From an uncultured Gammaproteobacteria bacterium (GTDB lineage: Bacteria > Pseudomonadota > Gammaproteobacteria > Arenicellales > JAANXG01), in assembly GCA_947258495.1 (NCBI GenBank), contig CAMYIN010000172.1, positions 61 through 64,060 of the forward strand: a stretch of 64,000 nt of DNA. The letters run 5' to 3'. Under the pieces are notes generated by a model that had not been told where the DNA came from, did no database searches, and saw only the letters and a program-made list of their open reading frames with translations. Shown piece by piece: positions 41,194 to 51,255 of this stretch; positions within the stretch are counted from its first letter, which is position 1, and the number at the start of each line of letters is the position of its first letter. A program made the position numbers and the translations under genes.

Positions 41194-42039
41194 TTGTTCA
41201 TTTCTCGCGCACAAATAGAGCAAGCGGTTCGTCAAACTCTTCTGGAAGACATTGGCAGTGGAGATCTGACTGCATCGCTGATCGACGCAGACCGTAAAAT
41301 CCGCGCAATGTTGATCAGCCGGCAGGATGCGGTATTGTGCGGCACCGCCTGGTTTGACGAAGTCTTCAAGCAGCTCGACGCCGAAATTCGCATCGACTGG
41401 CGGGCCGCCGACAAAGAACCCGTTACTGCCGATCAGATCATCTGCCGCATGGAGGGCCGGGCTCTGCCCATGCTTTCCGGTGAGCGCTCCGCGCTCAACT
41501 GGCTGCAGACGCTATCGGGTACGGCTACTTTGACGCACCGTTTCGTTCAACGCATCGCCGGCACCGGGGCCGTGATTCTCGACACTCGCAAGACCATTCC
41601 CGGCCTGCGCCTGGCGCAGAAATATGCGGTGCGTTGCGGCGGCGGCGAAAACCATCGCCTGGGCCTCTACGATGGAGTCCTGATCAAAGAAAACCATCTG
41701 CGCACAGGCGATACGATCGACACCGTCCTGGCGCGAGCGCGGGAAAACAGCCCGGCGGACGCGCTGGTGGAAATCGAAGTGGACAGCCTGGCTCAATTCG
41801 AGCAGGCGCTGGCCGCCGGCGCAACACGGGTGCTGCTGGACAACTTCACCGTACCGGCGTTGCGTGAAGCCGTAGCTGTCAACCGGGGGCGGGCAAAACT
41901 CGAGGCGTCGGGGGGGATCGATCTGGACAATGTGCTGCAGGTGGCGGAGACCGGCGTAGACTATATCTCGATCGGTGCGCTCACCAAAAACATGGAAGCC
42001 GTTGACCTGTCGTTGGAGTTCGAATACGAACCGGCGTAG
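41194..42039 (+). CDS. nadC: nicotinate-nucleotide diphosphorylase (quinolinate phosphoribosyltransferase)
   Basis: 281 aa, TTG start. LEDIGSGDLTA, TRKTIPGLR and KENH motifs. Confidence 0.92.
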   Translation: MFISRAQIEQAVRQTLLEDIGSGDLTASLIDADRKIRAMLISRQDAVLCGTAWFDEVFKQLDAEIRIDWRAADKEPVTADQIICRMEGRALPMLSGERSALNWLQTLSGTATLTHRFVQRIAGTGAVILDTRKTIPGLRLAQKYAVRCGGGENHRLGLYDGVLIKENHLRTGDTIDTVLARARENSPADALVEIEVDSLAQFEQALAAGATRVLLDNFTVPALREAVAVNRGRAKLEASGGIDLDNVLQVAETGVDYISIGALTKNMEAVDLSLEFEYEPA

Positions 42040-42066
42040 CCGGCACCCGAGCGCCGCTCCGCGGCC

Positions 42067-42579
42067 TCATTCGCCCAATCGCCGGTCCGTTTTCTCCGGC
42101 AACCGCAGGGGCTTGATGTCGAAAAAATGCAACGGCAGGCCTCCTCCCTGGCTCGGTGTCGTCGCGGGGTGGTCGGGATTGGGATGCACACCCTGCTGTA
42201 TACCCTGACCGGCCCGCTCCATCGCGGTGATCACCATCTCATGAAAGTCCGGGTCGTAGGGCAACTCGTAGGCGCGCGGCTGGGCCTCGTTCTCAGCGAT
42301 CGGTTTGACCCACAGATAGATTGCACCGTCGTCGTTGGTCCCCTTCCGCGGTTCGACGATATCGGCGAACAACATCTTCATGTTTTCCGGCACCGCTTCC
42401 TTCGTCGGCCATCCCAGCAAGCCGACCAGGGCGAAATAACCGCTGGCGACCGACGCCATGGTGGCGAGAATCGCACCGGCTTTGACCTGCCACGGCCATC
42501 GGGACCTGATGTTGAGATTCAACAGCAGCACGGACAATGCCGAAAACAGCGCAATCAGTCCGAGTATCGCTTCGGTCAT
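42067..42579 (-). CDS. hypothetical membrane protein (two N-terminal TM segments plus a soluble domain); third gene of the MotA-like operon
   Basis: 170 aa. Its ATG overlaps the upstream stop (ATGA). I recognise no family. Confidence 0.55.
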   Translation of the reverse strand: MTEAILGLIALFSALSVLLLNLNIRSRWPWQVKAGAILATMASVASGYFALVGLLGWPTKEAVPENMKMLFADIVEPRKGTNDDGAIYLWVKPIAENEAQPRAYELPYDPDFHEMVITAMERAGQGIQQGVHPNPDHPATTPSQGGGLPLHFFDIKPLRLPEKTDRRLGE

Positions 42580-43169
42580 AGGGCGTAGGGCGTCAAGATC
42601 TTGGGCGTGTCGCGGACGCCTTTGATGTCGCGGTCGCTGGTGACGGTGAATCGAACTACCGTCTTTTCCATATCCTGGCGCTCCAGCACCACCTGGTCCA
42701 CGAAAACGAGTTTGAACTCCGGATTGACCCGCTCTACTTTCACGGTGACGGGTACCGACTGGCCCGTGATCGACTGGTAATAGTAAATGTTCACCACGTA
42801 TTCGCCGGTGATCGTTCCCCGCAGGGTGACGATCTCCTGGTTGATCGGATACACGACCTTGCGACCGTCTATTTCGACCGTGTCATTGATCTCGCCTCGA
42901 TCATCCCTATCCAGATGCATCCAGCCTGCATCGCGCTGTAGATAGGAGACAATCTCTCCGTGAGGATCCTCCACCCAGATGTCAACGTCGTCCGGTCGAT
43001 CTTCCGGCCAGGTTGCGGAAATAATGAATTCCGCCTTGGGATCGACGACCCCCGTCTTGCTGATCGGGTTTACGAGCATGATCGCCACCAGGAACAAAAA
43101 GGTGAAGCCCAGTAACGCGTTGAACAGCAGATCGGTGAACGGATCGGTCAGGTAGCGCTGGTTCCGCAT
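42576..43169 (-). CDS. hypothetical single-pass membrane protein; candidate MotB/ExbD-equivalent with an unrecognised beta-rich periplasmic domain
   Basis: 197 aa. N-terminal TM DPFTDLLFNALLGFTFLFLVAIMLV with an Asp at the cytoplasmic end. Its start abuts the MotA-like stop (TAAATG). Confidence 0.55.
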   Translation of the reverse strand: MRNQRYLTDPFTDLLFNALLGFTFLFLVAIMLVNPISKTGVVDPKAEFIISATWPEDRPDDVDIWVEDPHGEIVSYLQRDAGWMHLDRDDRGEINDTVEIDGRKVVYPINQEIVTLRGTITGEYVVNIYYYQSITGQSVPVTVKVERVNPEFKLVFVDQVVLERQDMEKTVVRFTVTSDRDIKGVRDTPKILTPYAL

Positions 43170-43967
43170 TTACCTGCTTCCATTGGCAAGCCGCGGTGTC
43201 ACATGGACTTCGGATACCTCGGTAATGCCTGCAAGCAACTCGTCGGCGCCGCGATCGGCGATGTGGTACTGGATGCCGGCGAGGACGCCGCCGATCAAAC
43301 CGCACAGTGTCGTGAACAACGCCACACGCATGCCGTCGCTCATGCGGGACAACATGGTTTGTATCGTAGATATGTCCAGATCCTCGACCGTCGGCACCGA
43401 CTGCAGCATGAGGATGAATCCGATCACCGTGCCCAGCAGGCCCAGCTTGATCATCAGATCCGCGATCAACCAGCCCAGTTGCTGCGGCGACTTGATGCGT
43501 TTCGATAGCGCCTCCAGCAGCTGCCCCTGATCGTTGGACAACTGTCCGGGATCCGTGGAGTTGCACAAGCGCCGGGTGAGATTCTGAATGTGATACGTCA
43601 TCGGCCCATCGGGCAGAACCGCGGAGTGCCCGAAAATGACCTCCTGGTCTTTCACCCGGAGCTGAGAATCCTGATCGCGGTCCATCAACCGCGATATGGT
43701 GTTCACCTGGTTGATGTAGTGCGACAACCGCAGGATCAACCATCCGGCGTGAAAAGCGGACAGTCCGAAAACGACGACGATGACGGCGGATAAGTTGCTG
43801 GTATCGTTGCGGAACAACACATGGAACAGGCCCTGATGCCAGGCGACGATCAAACCCAACGCAACCGTGGTGACGAACAGCAACCAGCGCAGCAGCAGTT
43901 TATGGGTAACGTACATTTCTGAATTATCCGGTTCTATTGCAACGCGCCGGCGCGAGCGCGTAAGCAC
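43170..43967 (-). CDS. MotA/TolQ/ExbB proton-channel family protein
   Basis: 265 aa with four predicted TM segments. C-terminal signature LGWLIADLMIKLGLLGTVIGFILML...ALFTTLCGLIGGVLAGI. Confidence 0.7.
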   Translation of the reverse strand: MLTRSRRRVAIEPDNSEMYVTHKLLLRWLLFVTTVALGLIVAWHQGLFHVLFRNDTSNLSAVIVVVFGLSAFHAGWLILRLSHYINQVNTISRLMDRDQDSQLRVKDQEVIFGHSAVLPDGPMTYHIQNLTRRLCNSTDPGQLSNDQGQLLEALSKRIKSPQQLGWLIADLMIKLGLLGTVIGFILMLQSVPTVEDLDISTIQTMLSRMSDGMRVALFTTLCGLIGGVLAGIQYHIADRGADELLAGITEVSEVHVTPRLANGSR

Positions 43968-44079
43968 TTATTATAGTAGCCGGTTTGTCCGAAACCGTGT
44001 CCAGGGATCGCCGAATCGGCCGCAACATGGTAACACGCCGGCTTGCGCCGCCCGCAAGGGGGCGGGAATCCTCGAAGTC

Positions 44080-44856
44080 TCAGTGCCCGATCCAGATCAG
44101 CGACGCCATGCGTCCGCATGCGCGGTCGCGCCGGTACGAAAAGAACCGCTGCGGCTGGCTGAAGGTGCAAAGCGATTCATCGCAGTAGCAGCGGACTGCG
44201 CCCGCGGCGTGCAGGCGTTGGCGCACCAACGCGTAGAGATCGGCGCGCCACTTGCCCCGCGCACCGCCCGGGGTGAAACACGACCGCGCTTCCGGGCGCC
44301 CGTCCAGCAACGCGTGTTTCACGGATTCGCCGATCTCGAACGCCCCGGGGCCGATTGCCGGCCCCAACCACGCCAACACACCGGGGCCGGCCGCGTCGAA
44401 AGTGGACAGTGCGCGTTCGACTATGCCGGCGGCGAGCCCGCGCCAGCCCACGTGTACCACGGCCACCCGGGTTCCGGACGCTGCGCACAGGAACAACGGC
44501 AGACAATCCGCCGTCAACACCGCGCAGACGACGCCGGGGCGATCGGTGAAGCTGCCGTCCGCCCCGGTTTGCGGCGGCGCGTTCGCGGCGTCGACGATGC
44601 GGGTGCCGTGCTCCTGACGCAACCACGCCGGTTCGCCGGGGAGCCGACACGCGGCCTTCAAGCGTTGCCGATTTTTCCTCACGAGAACCGCATCGTCGCC
44701 AACGTGGTCGGCCAGATTCAGCGAAGCGTAGGCGCCGTCGCTCACGCCCCCCGTGCGCATCGTCGTGAACGCGCGCACCCGGTCCGGCGCCGGCCATTGT
44801 GCATCGACAAGCCGCAACGACTCGCCGACTCCGGCGGCTGGCGGCGGTTTGGTCAT
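44080..44856 (-). CDS. pgeF: peptidoglycan editing factor PgeF (YfiH / DUF152 laccase-domain protein)
   Basis: 258 aa. TADCLPLFL and HVGWRGLAAGI motifs, in the conserved position downstream of rluD. Confidence 0.88.
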   Translation of the reverse strand: MTKPPPAAGVGESLRLVDAQWPAPDRVRAFTTMRTGGVSDGAYASLNLADHVGDDAVLVRKNRQRLKAACRLPGEPAWLRQEHGTRIVDAANAPPQTGADGSFTDRPGVVCAVLTADCLPLFLCAASGTRVAVVHVGWRGLAAGIVERALSTFDAAGPGVLAWLGPAIGPGAFEIGESVKHALLDGRPEARSCFTPGGARGKWRADLYALVRQRLHAAGAVRCYCDESLCTFSQPQRFFSYRRDRACGRMASLIWIGH

Positions 44857-44919
44857 CGGCCGTGCCCGCCCGGCCTAGCCTTCAGCGGCGATGTCGCCTT
44901 GGGCGGCAGCGTGATTCGG

Positions 44920-45876
44920 TCAGTCGTGCCGTGTTCGATCGTCCGCATCGAGCGCCTCGATCATCTCCATCATGTCGGCCGGCGGCGGTTGTTCCCAACG
45001 TAACGATTCGCCGCTGACGGGGTGGATACACGTGAGCCCGCTCGCATGCAACGCCTGGCGCCGAAATGCCTGCAGCTGTTTCCGCAGACGGGCCCCGGCG
45101 TTCGACGGAACGCGCAGGCGGCCAGCGTACACCGGGTCCCCCAGCAACGGGAAACCGAGATGTTTCATGTGCACCCGGATCTGGTGCGTGCGCCCGGTGT
45201 CCAGCTGCACGCGCAGTAAGGTATGCGCCCTGAATCTGCGCGCGATCCGGTAATGCGTGACCGCGGGCTTGCCGCTGTCGGTCACCGTCATGCGCAAGCG
45301 ATCGTGCCGGTCCCGTCCGATCGGTTCATCGACGGTGCCGCCGGAAATCACGGCCCCGCAGACCAGGGCGAGATAATCTCGTACCAGGCTGCGCTCGGCG
45401 AGCTGTCGGATCAAAGCGGTGCGTGCGGTCTCGCTGCGAGCAACCACCATAAGACCGGACGTGTCCTTATCCAGCCGGTGCACGATCCCGGCGCGGGGCA
45501 GCCGCGCCAGCGACTCGTCGAAGTACAGCAGGGCGTTGAGCAAAGTGCCTTCCAGATTGCCGGCGCCGGGGTGCACGACCAGGCCGGGCGGTTTATTGAC
45601 CACCAGCAGATGCTCGTCCTGGTAGCGGAAATCCAGCGCGATGGGTTGCGGTTGCCAATCCATGGCAGGTCCTTCGGGTACCGCGATTTCCACTTCTTCC
45701 CCGCCGATCACTCGATCCCGCTGTCTCGGTACTTCGTCGTCCAGAAGCACCCTACCCTCTCGAAGCCACTTCTGCAGCGCGGTGCGCGAATATTCCGGAC
45801 AGAGCGCGGCCAGGGTCTGGTCAACGCGCTTGCCGGCGAGATCCCGGGGAACGGTCAACGTCAATTGTCGCAACAC
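44920..45876 (-). CDS. rluD: 23S rRNA pseudouridine(1911/1915/1917) synthase RluD
   Basis: ORF 44920..45969 trimmed to the GTG at 45876 (the TTG at 45885 is also possible, with GGGGGGAAAG upstream). S4 domain, HRLDKDTSGLMVVA. The longer form would overlap the divergent bamD. Confidence 0.88.
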   Translation of the reverse strand: MLRQLTLTVPRDLAGKRVDQTLAALCPEYSRTALQKWLREGRVLLDDEVPRQRDRVIGGEEVEIAVPEGPAMDWQPQPIALDFRYQDEHLLVVNKPPGLVVHPGAGNLEGTLLNALLYFDESLARLPRAGIVHRLDKDTSGLMVVARSETARTALIRQLAERSLVRDYLALVCGAVISGGTVDEPIGRDRHDRLRMTVTDSGKPAVTHYRIARRFRAHTLLRVQLDTGRTHQIRVHMKHLGFPLLGDPVYAGRLRVPSNAGARLRKQLQAFRRQALHASGLTCIHPVSGESLRWEQPPPADMMEMIEALDADDRTRHD

Positions 45877-45954
45877 CTTGGTCAACGGTTCTTTCCCCCC
45901 TCCGCGAATCGCGTTATGCTGCGCCGTTGGTGCTTCAACACTGTGTGCGTACCC

Positions 45955-46791
45955 ATGCGATGGTTTCAATTCTTGATGATCGGTGTCGTCGCGGCCACGG
46001 CTGCGAACGGTTGCGCGCGTCTGAAACCGGAGTCGTCTCGCGATGACTGGACGGTGGAGAAATTCTACAGCGAAGCGAGGGAGTCCTTAAGCAAAAAACG
46101 CTGGGAGCTCGCGCTGGAGTTCTTTCAAGCGCTGGAGGCGCGCTATCCCTACGGTCCGTACACGGAGCAGGCGCAGATAGACACGATCTACGCATATTAT
46201 AAGAAGGAGGAACCGGAATCGGCGGTCGTCGCGGCGGATCGCTTCATACGACTGCATCCCACCCACAATGGAGTGGCGTACGCGTACTACATGAAGGGTC
46301 TGGTGAATTTCAACGAGCATCGCAGTTTCATGGACCGCTGGATCGGCGGCACCGGTGGAACCGACCGCGATCCTTACGCGGCGCGGGAATCGTTTCTCGC
46401 CTTTCGCGAACTGGTGAACCGCTTCCCCGACAGCCGTTACGCGGAGAACGCCCGACAGCGCATGCGACACCTGCTCAATGTGCTGGCGATGAACGACATT
46501 CATGTTGCCGAATATTATTTGCGGCGCGGGGCGTACGTCGCGGTCGTAAACCGCTGCAAGCACGTGATCGAGGAATACCAGCAGACGCCCGCGGTAGAGG
46601 ACGCGCTGGGCCTTATGGCGGTGGCCTATCAACGTATGGGCATGAGCGAACTGGCGCAGGACGCCCTGCGCGTCCTCAAGATCAATTTTCCGAACAGCGA
46701 ATACGTTCCCAGGGTCGCCGGCGGAGAACAGCAGGAACCGCGCGATTCCTGGATCTCCCGCATGTTCAAACGGCGCGGCGACGATTCCTGA
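45955..46791 (+). CDS. bamD: outer membrane protein assembly factor BamD (lipoprotein)
   Basis: Internal ATG of ORF 45223..46791. MRWFQFLMIGVVAATAANGC lipobox, TPR-like repeats, divergent from rluD as in many gammaproteobacteria. Confidence 0.9.
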   Translation: MRWFQFLMIGVVAATAANGCARLKPESSRDDWTVEKFYSEARESLSKKRWELALEFFQALEARYPYGPYTEQAQIDTIYAYYKKEEPESAVVAADRFIRLHPTHNGVAYAYYMKGLVNFNEHRSFMDRWIGGTGGTDRDPYAARESFLAFRELVNRFPDSRYAENARQRMRHLLNVLAMNDIHVAEYYLRRGAYVAVVNRCKHVIEEYQQTPAVEDALGLMAVAYQRMGMSELAQDALRVLKINFPNSEYVPRVAGGEQQEPRDSWISRMFKRRGDDS

Positions 46792-48403
46792 AGCTGGAGG
46801 TAATCGGGTAACGGCGATCCCGGCCGAAGGACCGCCTGGTGATACGCACACCGGGAGCCGCCTGCCTGCGCTTGTATTCGTTTCTGTCCACCAGCGTGGT
46901 GACCCGGTAAACGACCTGCGGATCGAACCCCGCGGCGATGATTTCTTCGGGAGATTGATCCATTTCGATGTAGCGCGCGAGTAGCGGGTCCAGCACGTCG
47001 TAGGGCGGCAGGGAATCTTCGTCTTTTTGATCCGGAGCCAGTTCCGCAGACGGCGGGCGCGTCATCACCCGTTCGGGGATGACCGGCGCGAAACTGTTGC
47101 GGTACGCGGCGAGCCGGTACACCAGGGTCTTGGGAACGTCCTTGATTGCGGCGAAACCACCGGCCATATCGCCGTAGAGCGTGGCGTAGCCGACCGCCAT
47201 CTCGCTCTTGTTCCCGGTGGTGATGAGGATCTTTCCCGATCTGTTGGAAATCGCCATGAGCACTACGCCGCGGCAGCGTGCCTGGATGTTCTCTTCGGTC
47301 ACGTCCCTGATGCCGTGACCCAGGACCGGCTTCAACTGCTGCAAAAAGGCCTCGAACATCGGCTCGATCGAAACGACGTGATAAGCCACCCCCAGCGCGT
47401 CCGCTTCCGCTTTCGCATCGGTATTGCTCATGTCGGACGTATACCGGGACGGCATCAACACGGCCTCCACGTTCTCGGCGCCGACCGCATCGACCGCAAT
47501 CGCGAGCGTTAGCGCGGAATCGATGCCGCCGGACAGGCCCACCACGGCGCCTTTGAACCCGTTTTTGGTCACATAGTCCCGTACTCCTGTAACGAGGGCC
47601 CGGTACACCACCTGCTCCAGGGATTCCGGCGCGGCGATGTCGCCCGCCCGCGGGACCAAGCGGGTACCCACGTCGAAATCGACACGCGCCAGGACTTCAT
47701 CGAACTGGCCGCAACGCTGGGTGAGCGCGCCGTTCGCATCGACCACGAACGACGCCCCGTCGAATATCAGTTCGTCCTGCCCGCCCACGAGATTGACGTA
47801 GACCACGGGTACGGCGTTGGTGCGCGCCCGGCCGGATACTATATTGAAACGCTCGTTGGGGCGTTCCAGGTGAAAGGGCGAGGCGTTGATGTTTACGATC
47901 GCCTGCGCGCCCGCTTGCGCAGCCTGCTCTATCGGCCCCTGTTGCCAGATGTCCTCGCAGATCGTGAGTCCGATGCGCGCTCCGCGAAACGACACCACGC
48001 ACGGCGACGATCCGGCGGTGAAATAGCGTTTTTCATCGAAAACACTGTAATTCGGCAACCATTGTTTGCGGTAGAAACCGATTACCTCGCCGTCGTAGAG
48101 GAAGGAAGCGGCATTGTAGAGTACGCCGTCGGCGGACTCCGGGTGGCCGACGATTACCCCGATTCCCGCCACGTGCGATCGTATACGATCCAACTCCTCG
48201 AGGCCCTGCTCGATGAACGCAGGCCGCAGTAGCAGGTCTTCCGGCGGATATCCGGTGACGGCGAGTTCCGGGAAGACCACGCAGTCGCAGTTCCAGTCAT
48301 CGCGCACCTTGGCCGCGGTGTCTATGATGCGCTCGGCGTTGCCGATCAAGTCGCCCACCACGAGATTGAGTTGGGCCATCGCAATCGAAAATGTATCGGC
48401 CAT
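46766..48403 (-). CDS. nadE: NAD+ synthase (glutamine-hydrolysing)
   Basis: 545 aa. N-terminal nitrilase-type domain (FPELAVTGYPPEDL) plus synthetase domain (GLSGGIDS). Confidence 0.93.
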   Translation of the reverse strand: MADTFSIAMAQLNLVVGDLIGNAERIIDTAAKVRDDWNCDCVVFPELAVTGYPPEDLLLRPAFIEQGLEELDRIRSHVAGIGVIVGHPESADGVLYNAASFLYDGEVIGFYRKQWLPNYSVFDEKRYFTAGSSPCVVSFRGARIGLTICEDIWQQGPIEQAAQAGAQAIVNINASPFHLERPNERFNIVSGRARTNAVPVVYVNLVGGQDELIFDGASFVVDANGALTQRCGQFDEVLARVDFDVGTRLVPRAGDIAAPESLEQVVYRALVTGVRDYVTKNGFKGAVVGLSGGIDSALTLAIAVDAVGAENVEAVLMPSRYTSDMSNTDAKAEADALGVAYHVVSIEPMFEAFLQQLKPVLGHGIRDVTEENIQARCRGVVLMAISNRSGKILITTGNKSEMAVGYATLYGDMAGGFAAIKDVPKTLVYRLAAYRNSFAPVIPERVMTRPPSAELAPDQKDEDSLPPYDVLDPLLARYIEMDQSPEEIIAAGFDPQVVYRVTTLVDRNEYKRRQAAPGVRITRRSFGRDRRYPITSSFRNRRRAV

Positions 48404-48507
48404 GACGGAGCTGTCAGCCTGGTTCTTGAAGTCGTTAGTAACGCCTATTGTCAGTCAAGTTCCTGATACAAGCAAAACCGCCGAGGGTTCAATGCTAGAA
48501 TCGCGAC

Positions 48508-49656
48508 ATGCACTTTCAAGTCGTCGACGACCTGTCAAGCGTTCCCGCGTCCGCGTGGGACGCCTTATGCAGCGACGACAATCCCTTCCTCAGACATGCC
48601 TTCTTGCACGGACTGGAAGTAACGGGGTGTGTCTCGGAGGAAACCGGATGGGTCCCCCAGCACCTGCTCGCCTACGCCGACGCCAGTCGACACACGCTCC
48701 TGGGCGCGGTGCCGATGTACGTCAAATTTCACTCTTACGGCGAGTACGTCTTCGATTGGTCGTGGGCCAATGCGTACCGTCAGGCGGGGCTGGACTACTA
48801 TCCCAAGCTGCTGGTGGCAATTCCCTTCACTCCGGTGACCGGCCCGAGGCTGCTCGCCGCCCCCAGCATTAACGGCGGCCGACGACTGCGCGACGGCTTG
48901 ATCGAACAGACAGTGCGGCGAGCGCGTCTGTCGAACGCGTCGTCGCTGCATTGGCTCTTTACCGACAAAGCGACCACGGAGATCCTGCGGAGCCGCGACT
49001 TCACGATACGCCTCGGCAACCAGTTTCACTGGCGCAACGAAGGCTACCGGGATTTTGACGAATTCCTACTGCAATTCAACGCCAGGAACCGCAAGAAGAT
49101 CAAGCGGGAAAGACGCCGCGTACGCGAAGCCGGAATAAGCATGGAGGTGTTGCACGGCGATGATCTGGCGGCAAGGCACTGGGACGCCCTCTACCGTTTT
49201 TACCGATCCACGGTGATGAACCACGGCGCTTACACGTATCTCAACCGGGATTTCTTTGATTGGATCGCGACGCACATGGGCCGTGAAGTGGTCGTCGTAG
49301 CCGCCAGGTCGGGTTCGCGATTGGTGGCCGCGGCGCTGAATTTCAGGGGCAGTGACAGCCTGTTCGGGCGCTACTGGGGGGCGTCGCGGCACTACGACAG
49401 CCTGCATTTCGAGACCTGCTACTACAGCGCCATCGAATACTGCATCGAGCGCGGACTTGGGCGCTTCGAGGCCGGCGCCCAGGGACAGCACAAACTGAGC
49501 CGGGGGCTGCTGCCCACAGAGACCTATTCCGCGCACTGGTTGAGCGATCCCCGGTTCGCGCGCGCGGTCGCGGATTTCGCGAGCGGCGAATCACGGGAAA
49601 TGCGGCAGTACGCCCTGGAGATGCGCGACCATGCGCCCTACCGCCGGGGCGCATGA
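48508..49656 (+). CDS. GNAT/FemAB-like N-acetyltransferase family protein (DUF482)
   Basis: 382 aa. ...WDALCSDDNPFLRHAFLHGLEVTGCV...YYPKLLVAIPFTPVTGPR is typical of the DUF482 family. Confidence 0.65.
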   Translation: MHFQVVDDLSSVPASAWDALCSDDNPFLRHAFLHGLEVTGCVSEETGWVPQHLLAYADASRHTLLGAVPMYVKFHSYGEYVFDWSWANAYRQAGLDYYPKLLVAIPFTPVTGPRLLAAPSINGGRRLRDGLIEQTVRRARLSNASSLHWLFTDKATTEILRSRDFTIRLGNQFHWRNEGYRDFDEFLLQFNARNRKKIKRERRRVREAGISMEVLHGDDLAARHWDALYRFYRSTVMNHGAYTYLNRDFFDWIATHMGREVVVVAARSGSRLVAAALNFRGSDSLFGRYWGASRHYDSLHFETCYYSAIEYCIERGLGRFEAGAQGQHKLSRGLLPTETYSAHWLSDPRFARAVADFASGESREMRQYALEMRDHAPYRRGA

Positions 49657-49738
49657 GAGCACGGCGGAGCGGTTGCGGGCCGGGGCCTTTGCCCGCACAA
49701 TGTGGGTAGTAGAGGGGGAACAGACTTTTTCGTCTCAG

Positions 49739-50443
49739 ATGTCTTTCCAGTCCGACAACCGATGGTTTCCTCCGGTGGAGCACGCCAGCCCCGAGGGCCT
49801 GCTCGCCGTGGGCGGCGATCTCTCCAGCGAACGCCTGCTGGAGGCGTACAAGCTCGGGATCTTTCCCTGGTACAGTCACGGCCAACCCATATTGTGGTGG
49901 TCTCCGGACCCGAGGGCCGTGCTCTACCCGGCAAGGTTCACGATCTCGCGGAGCCTGGGAAAGAGCCTCCGCAACCGAGGATACCGGGTCACGGTGGACA
50001 CGGCGTTCGAGGACGTGATCCAACACTGCGCCAAACCGCGCCGCAAAGATCCGCAAGGCGACACCTGGATAACCGGAGACATGATCGGCGCGTACCTCGA
50101 ACTGCATCGGCTCGGTTACGCACATTCGTTCGAGACCTGGGACGGCGGAAAGTTGGTAGGCGGGCTGTACGGTGTCTCCCTGGGTGCCGCGTATTTCGGT
50201 GAAAGCATGTTCAGCAGCGCGCGCGACGCTTCAAAAATCGCTTTGGCCCAGTTGGTGCACGTGGCCCGGCGATGGGGCTTTCACTTCATCGATTGCCAGA
50301 TTTCCTCTGCGCACATTCAGAAACTCGGCGCGGAATTGGTGCCCCGCGCCGTCTTTCTGCGCGAACTGGCGAGCGCGCTCGACCGAACCGGCCGCATCGG
50401 AAAATGGCGGCTCCCCGGTGACATGGGGCCCTTGTCGGCATGA
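49739..50443 (+). CDS. aat: leucyl/phenylalanyl-tRNA--protein transferase
   Basis: Internal ATG of ORF 49631..50443. PEGLLAVGGDLSSERLLEAYKLGIFPWY...GESMFS. Confidence 0.92.
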   Translation: MSFQSDNRWFPPVEHASPEGLLAVGGDLSSERLLEAYKLGIFPWYSHGQPILWWSPDPRAVLYPARFTISRSLGKSLRNRGYRVTVDTAFEDVIQHCAKPRRKDPQGDTWITGDMIGAYLELHRLGYAHSFETWDGGKLVGGLYGVSLGAAYFGESMFSSARDASKIALAQLVHVARRWGFHFIDCQISSAHIQKLGAELVPRAVFLRELASALDRTGRIGKWRLPGDMGPLSA

Positions 50444-51153
50444 CCAAGTCACAGGCCTCGATCAAACTGTACCTCTCGACCCCGCACGCCTGCCCTTATC
50501 TACCGGGCGAAGAAGCGACGACACTCATTATCGATCCGGAGTTGAAGGTTTCCGATACATTGTTCTCGCAACTCGCGAGTCACGGCTTTCGGCGCAGCGG
50601 CGACATGATCTACCGGCCCCACTGCACACAGTGCGACGCTTGTGTATCGGTACGAATTCCCGTCGACGAATTTCGCCCCAACCGCAGCCAGCAGAGAAAC
50701 TGGCGCCGCAACCGGAAACTTCGGATAGTCGAAAAACCGGCCGCATTCGAGCAGGACCATTTCGAACTCTATCTTCGCTATCAGCAGGCGCGTCATCCGG
50801 AAAGCACTATGTGCGATCCGGATCCGGACAAATACTTCAAGTTCCTGACCAGCGACGGCACCGATACCCGTTTTTTCGAGATGCGCGACGAAGACCGATT
50901 GCTTGGGATCGCGGTCGCCGACCGTTTCGAAGACGGTTTGTCGGCGGTCTACACCTTCTTTGAACCGGCCCAGTCTTCGCGTGGACTCGGCGTCTTCGCC
51001 ATCTTATGGGAAATTCAATACGCCAAACGCATGGGTTGCCCGTGGCTGTATCTCGGATACTGGATAAGAAACTGTCGGAAGATGTTCTACAAGACCAGTT
51101 TCCGTCCGGTGGAGGGATTTAAGAACGGCCGCTGGGTGCGGTTGCCGGTGTAA
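50440..51153 (+). CDS. bpt: arginyl/leucyl-tRNA--protein transferase (Bpt/Ate)
   Basis: 237 aa, ATG overlaps the aat stop. HACPYLPGEEA...CTQCDACVSVRIPV...YLGYWI. Confidence 0.9.
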   Translation: MTKSQASIKLYLSTPHACPYLPGEEATTLIIDPELKVSDTLFSQLASHGFRRSGDMIYRPHCTQCDACVSVRIPVDEFRPNRSQQRNWRRNRKLRIVEKPAAFEQDHFELYLRYQQARHPESTMCDPDPDKYFKFLTSDGTDTRFFEMRDEDRLLGIAVADRFEDGLSAVYTFFEPAQSSRGLGVFAILWEIQYAKRMGCPWLYLGYWIRNCRKMFYKTSFRPVEGFKNGRWVRLPV

Positions 51154-51255
51154 GACGCCGCGTCATTTGCCCTTTACGGCCATACATCAATCCGGCATCA
51201 TACGGCGCGCTTGCTTGCGATCTATTTCCTGACTCTTACTCGACGATAAGAATAC

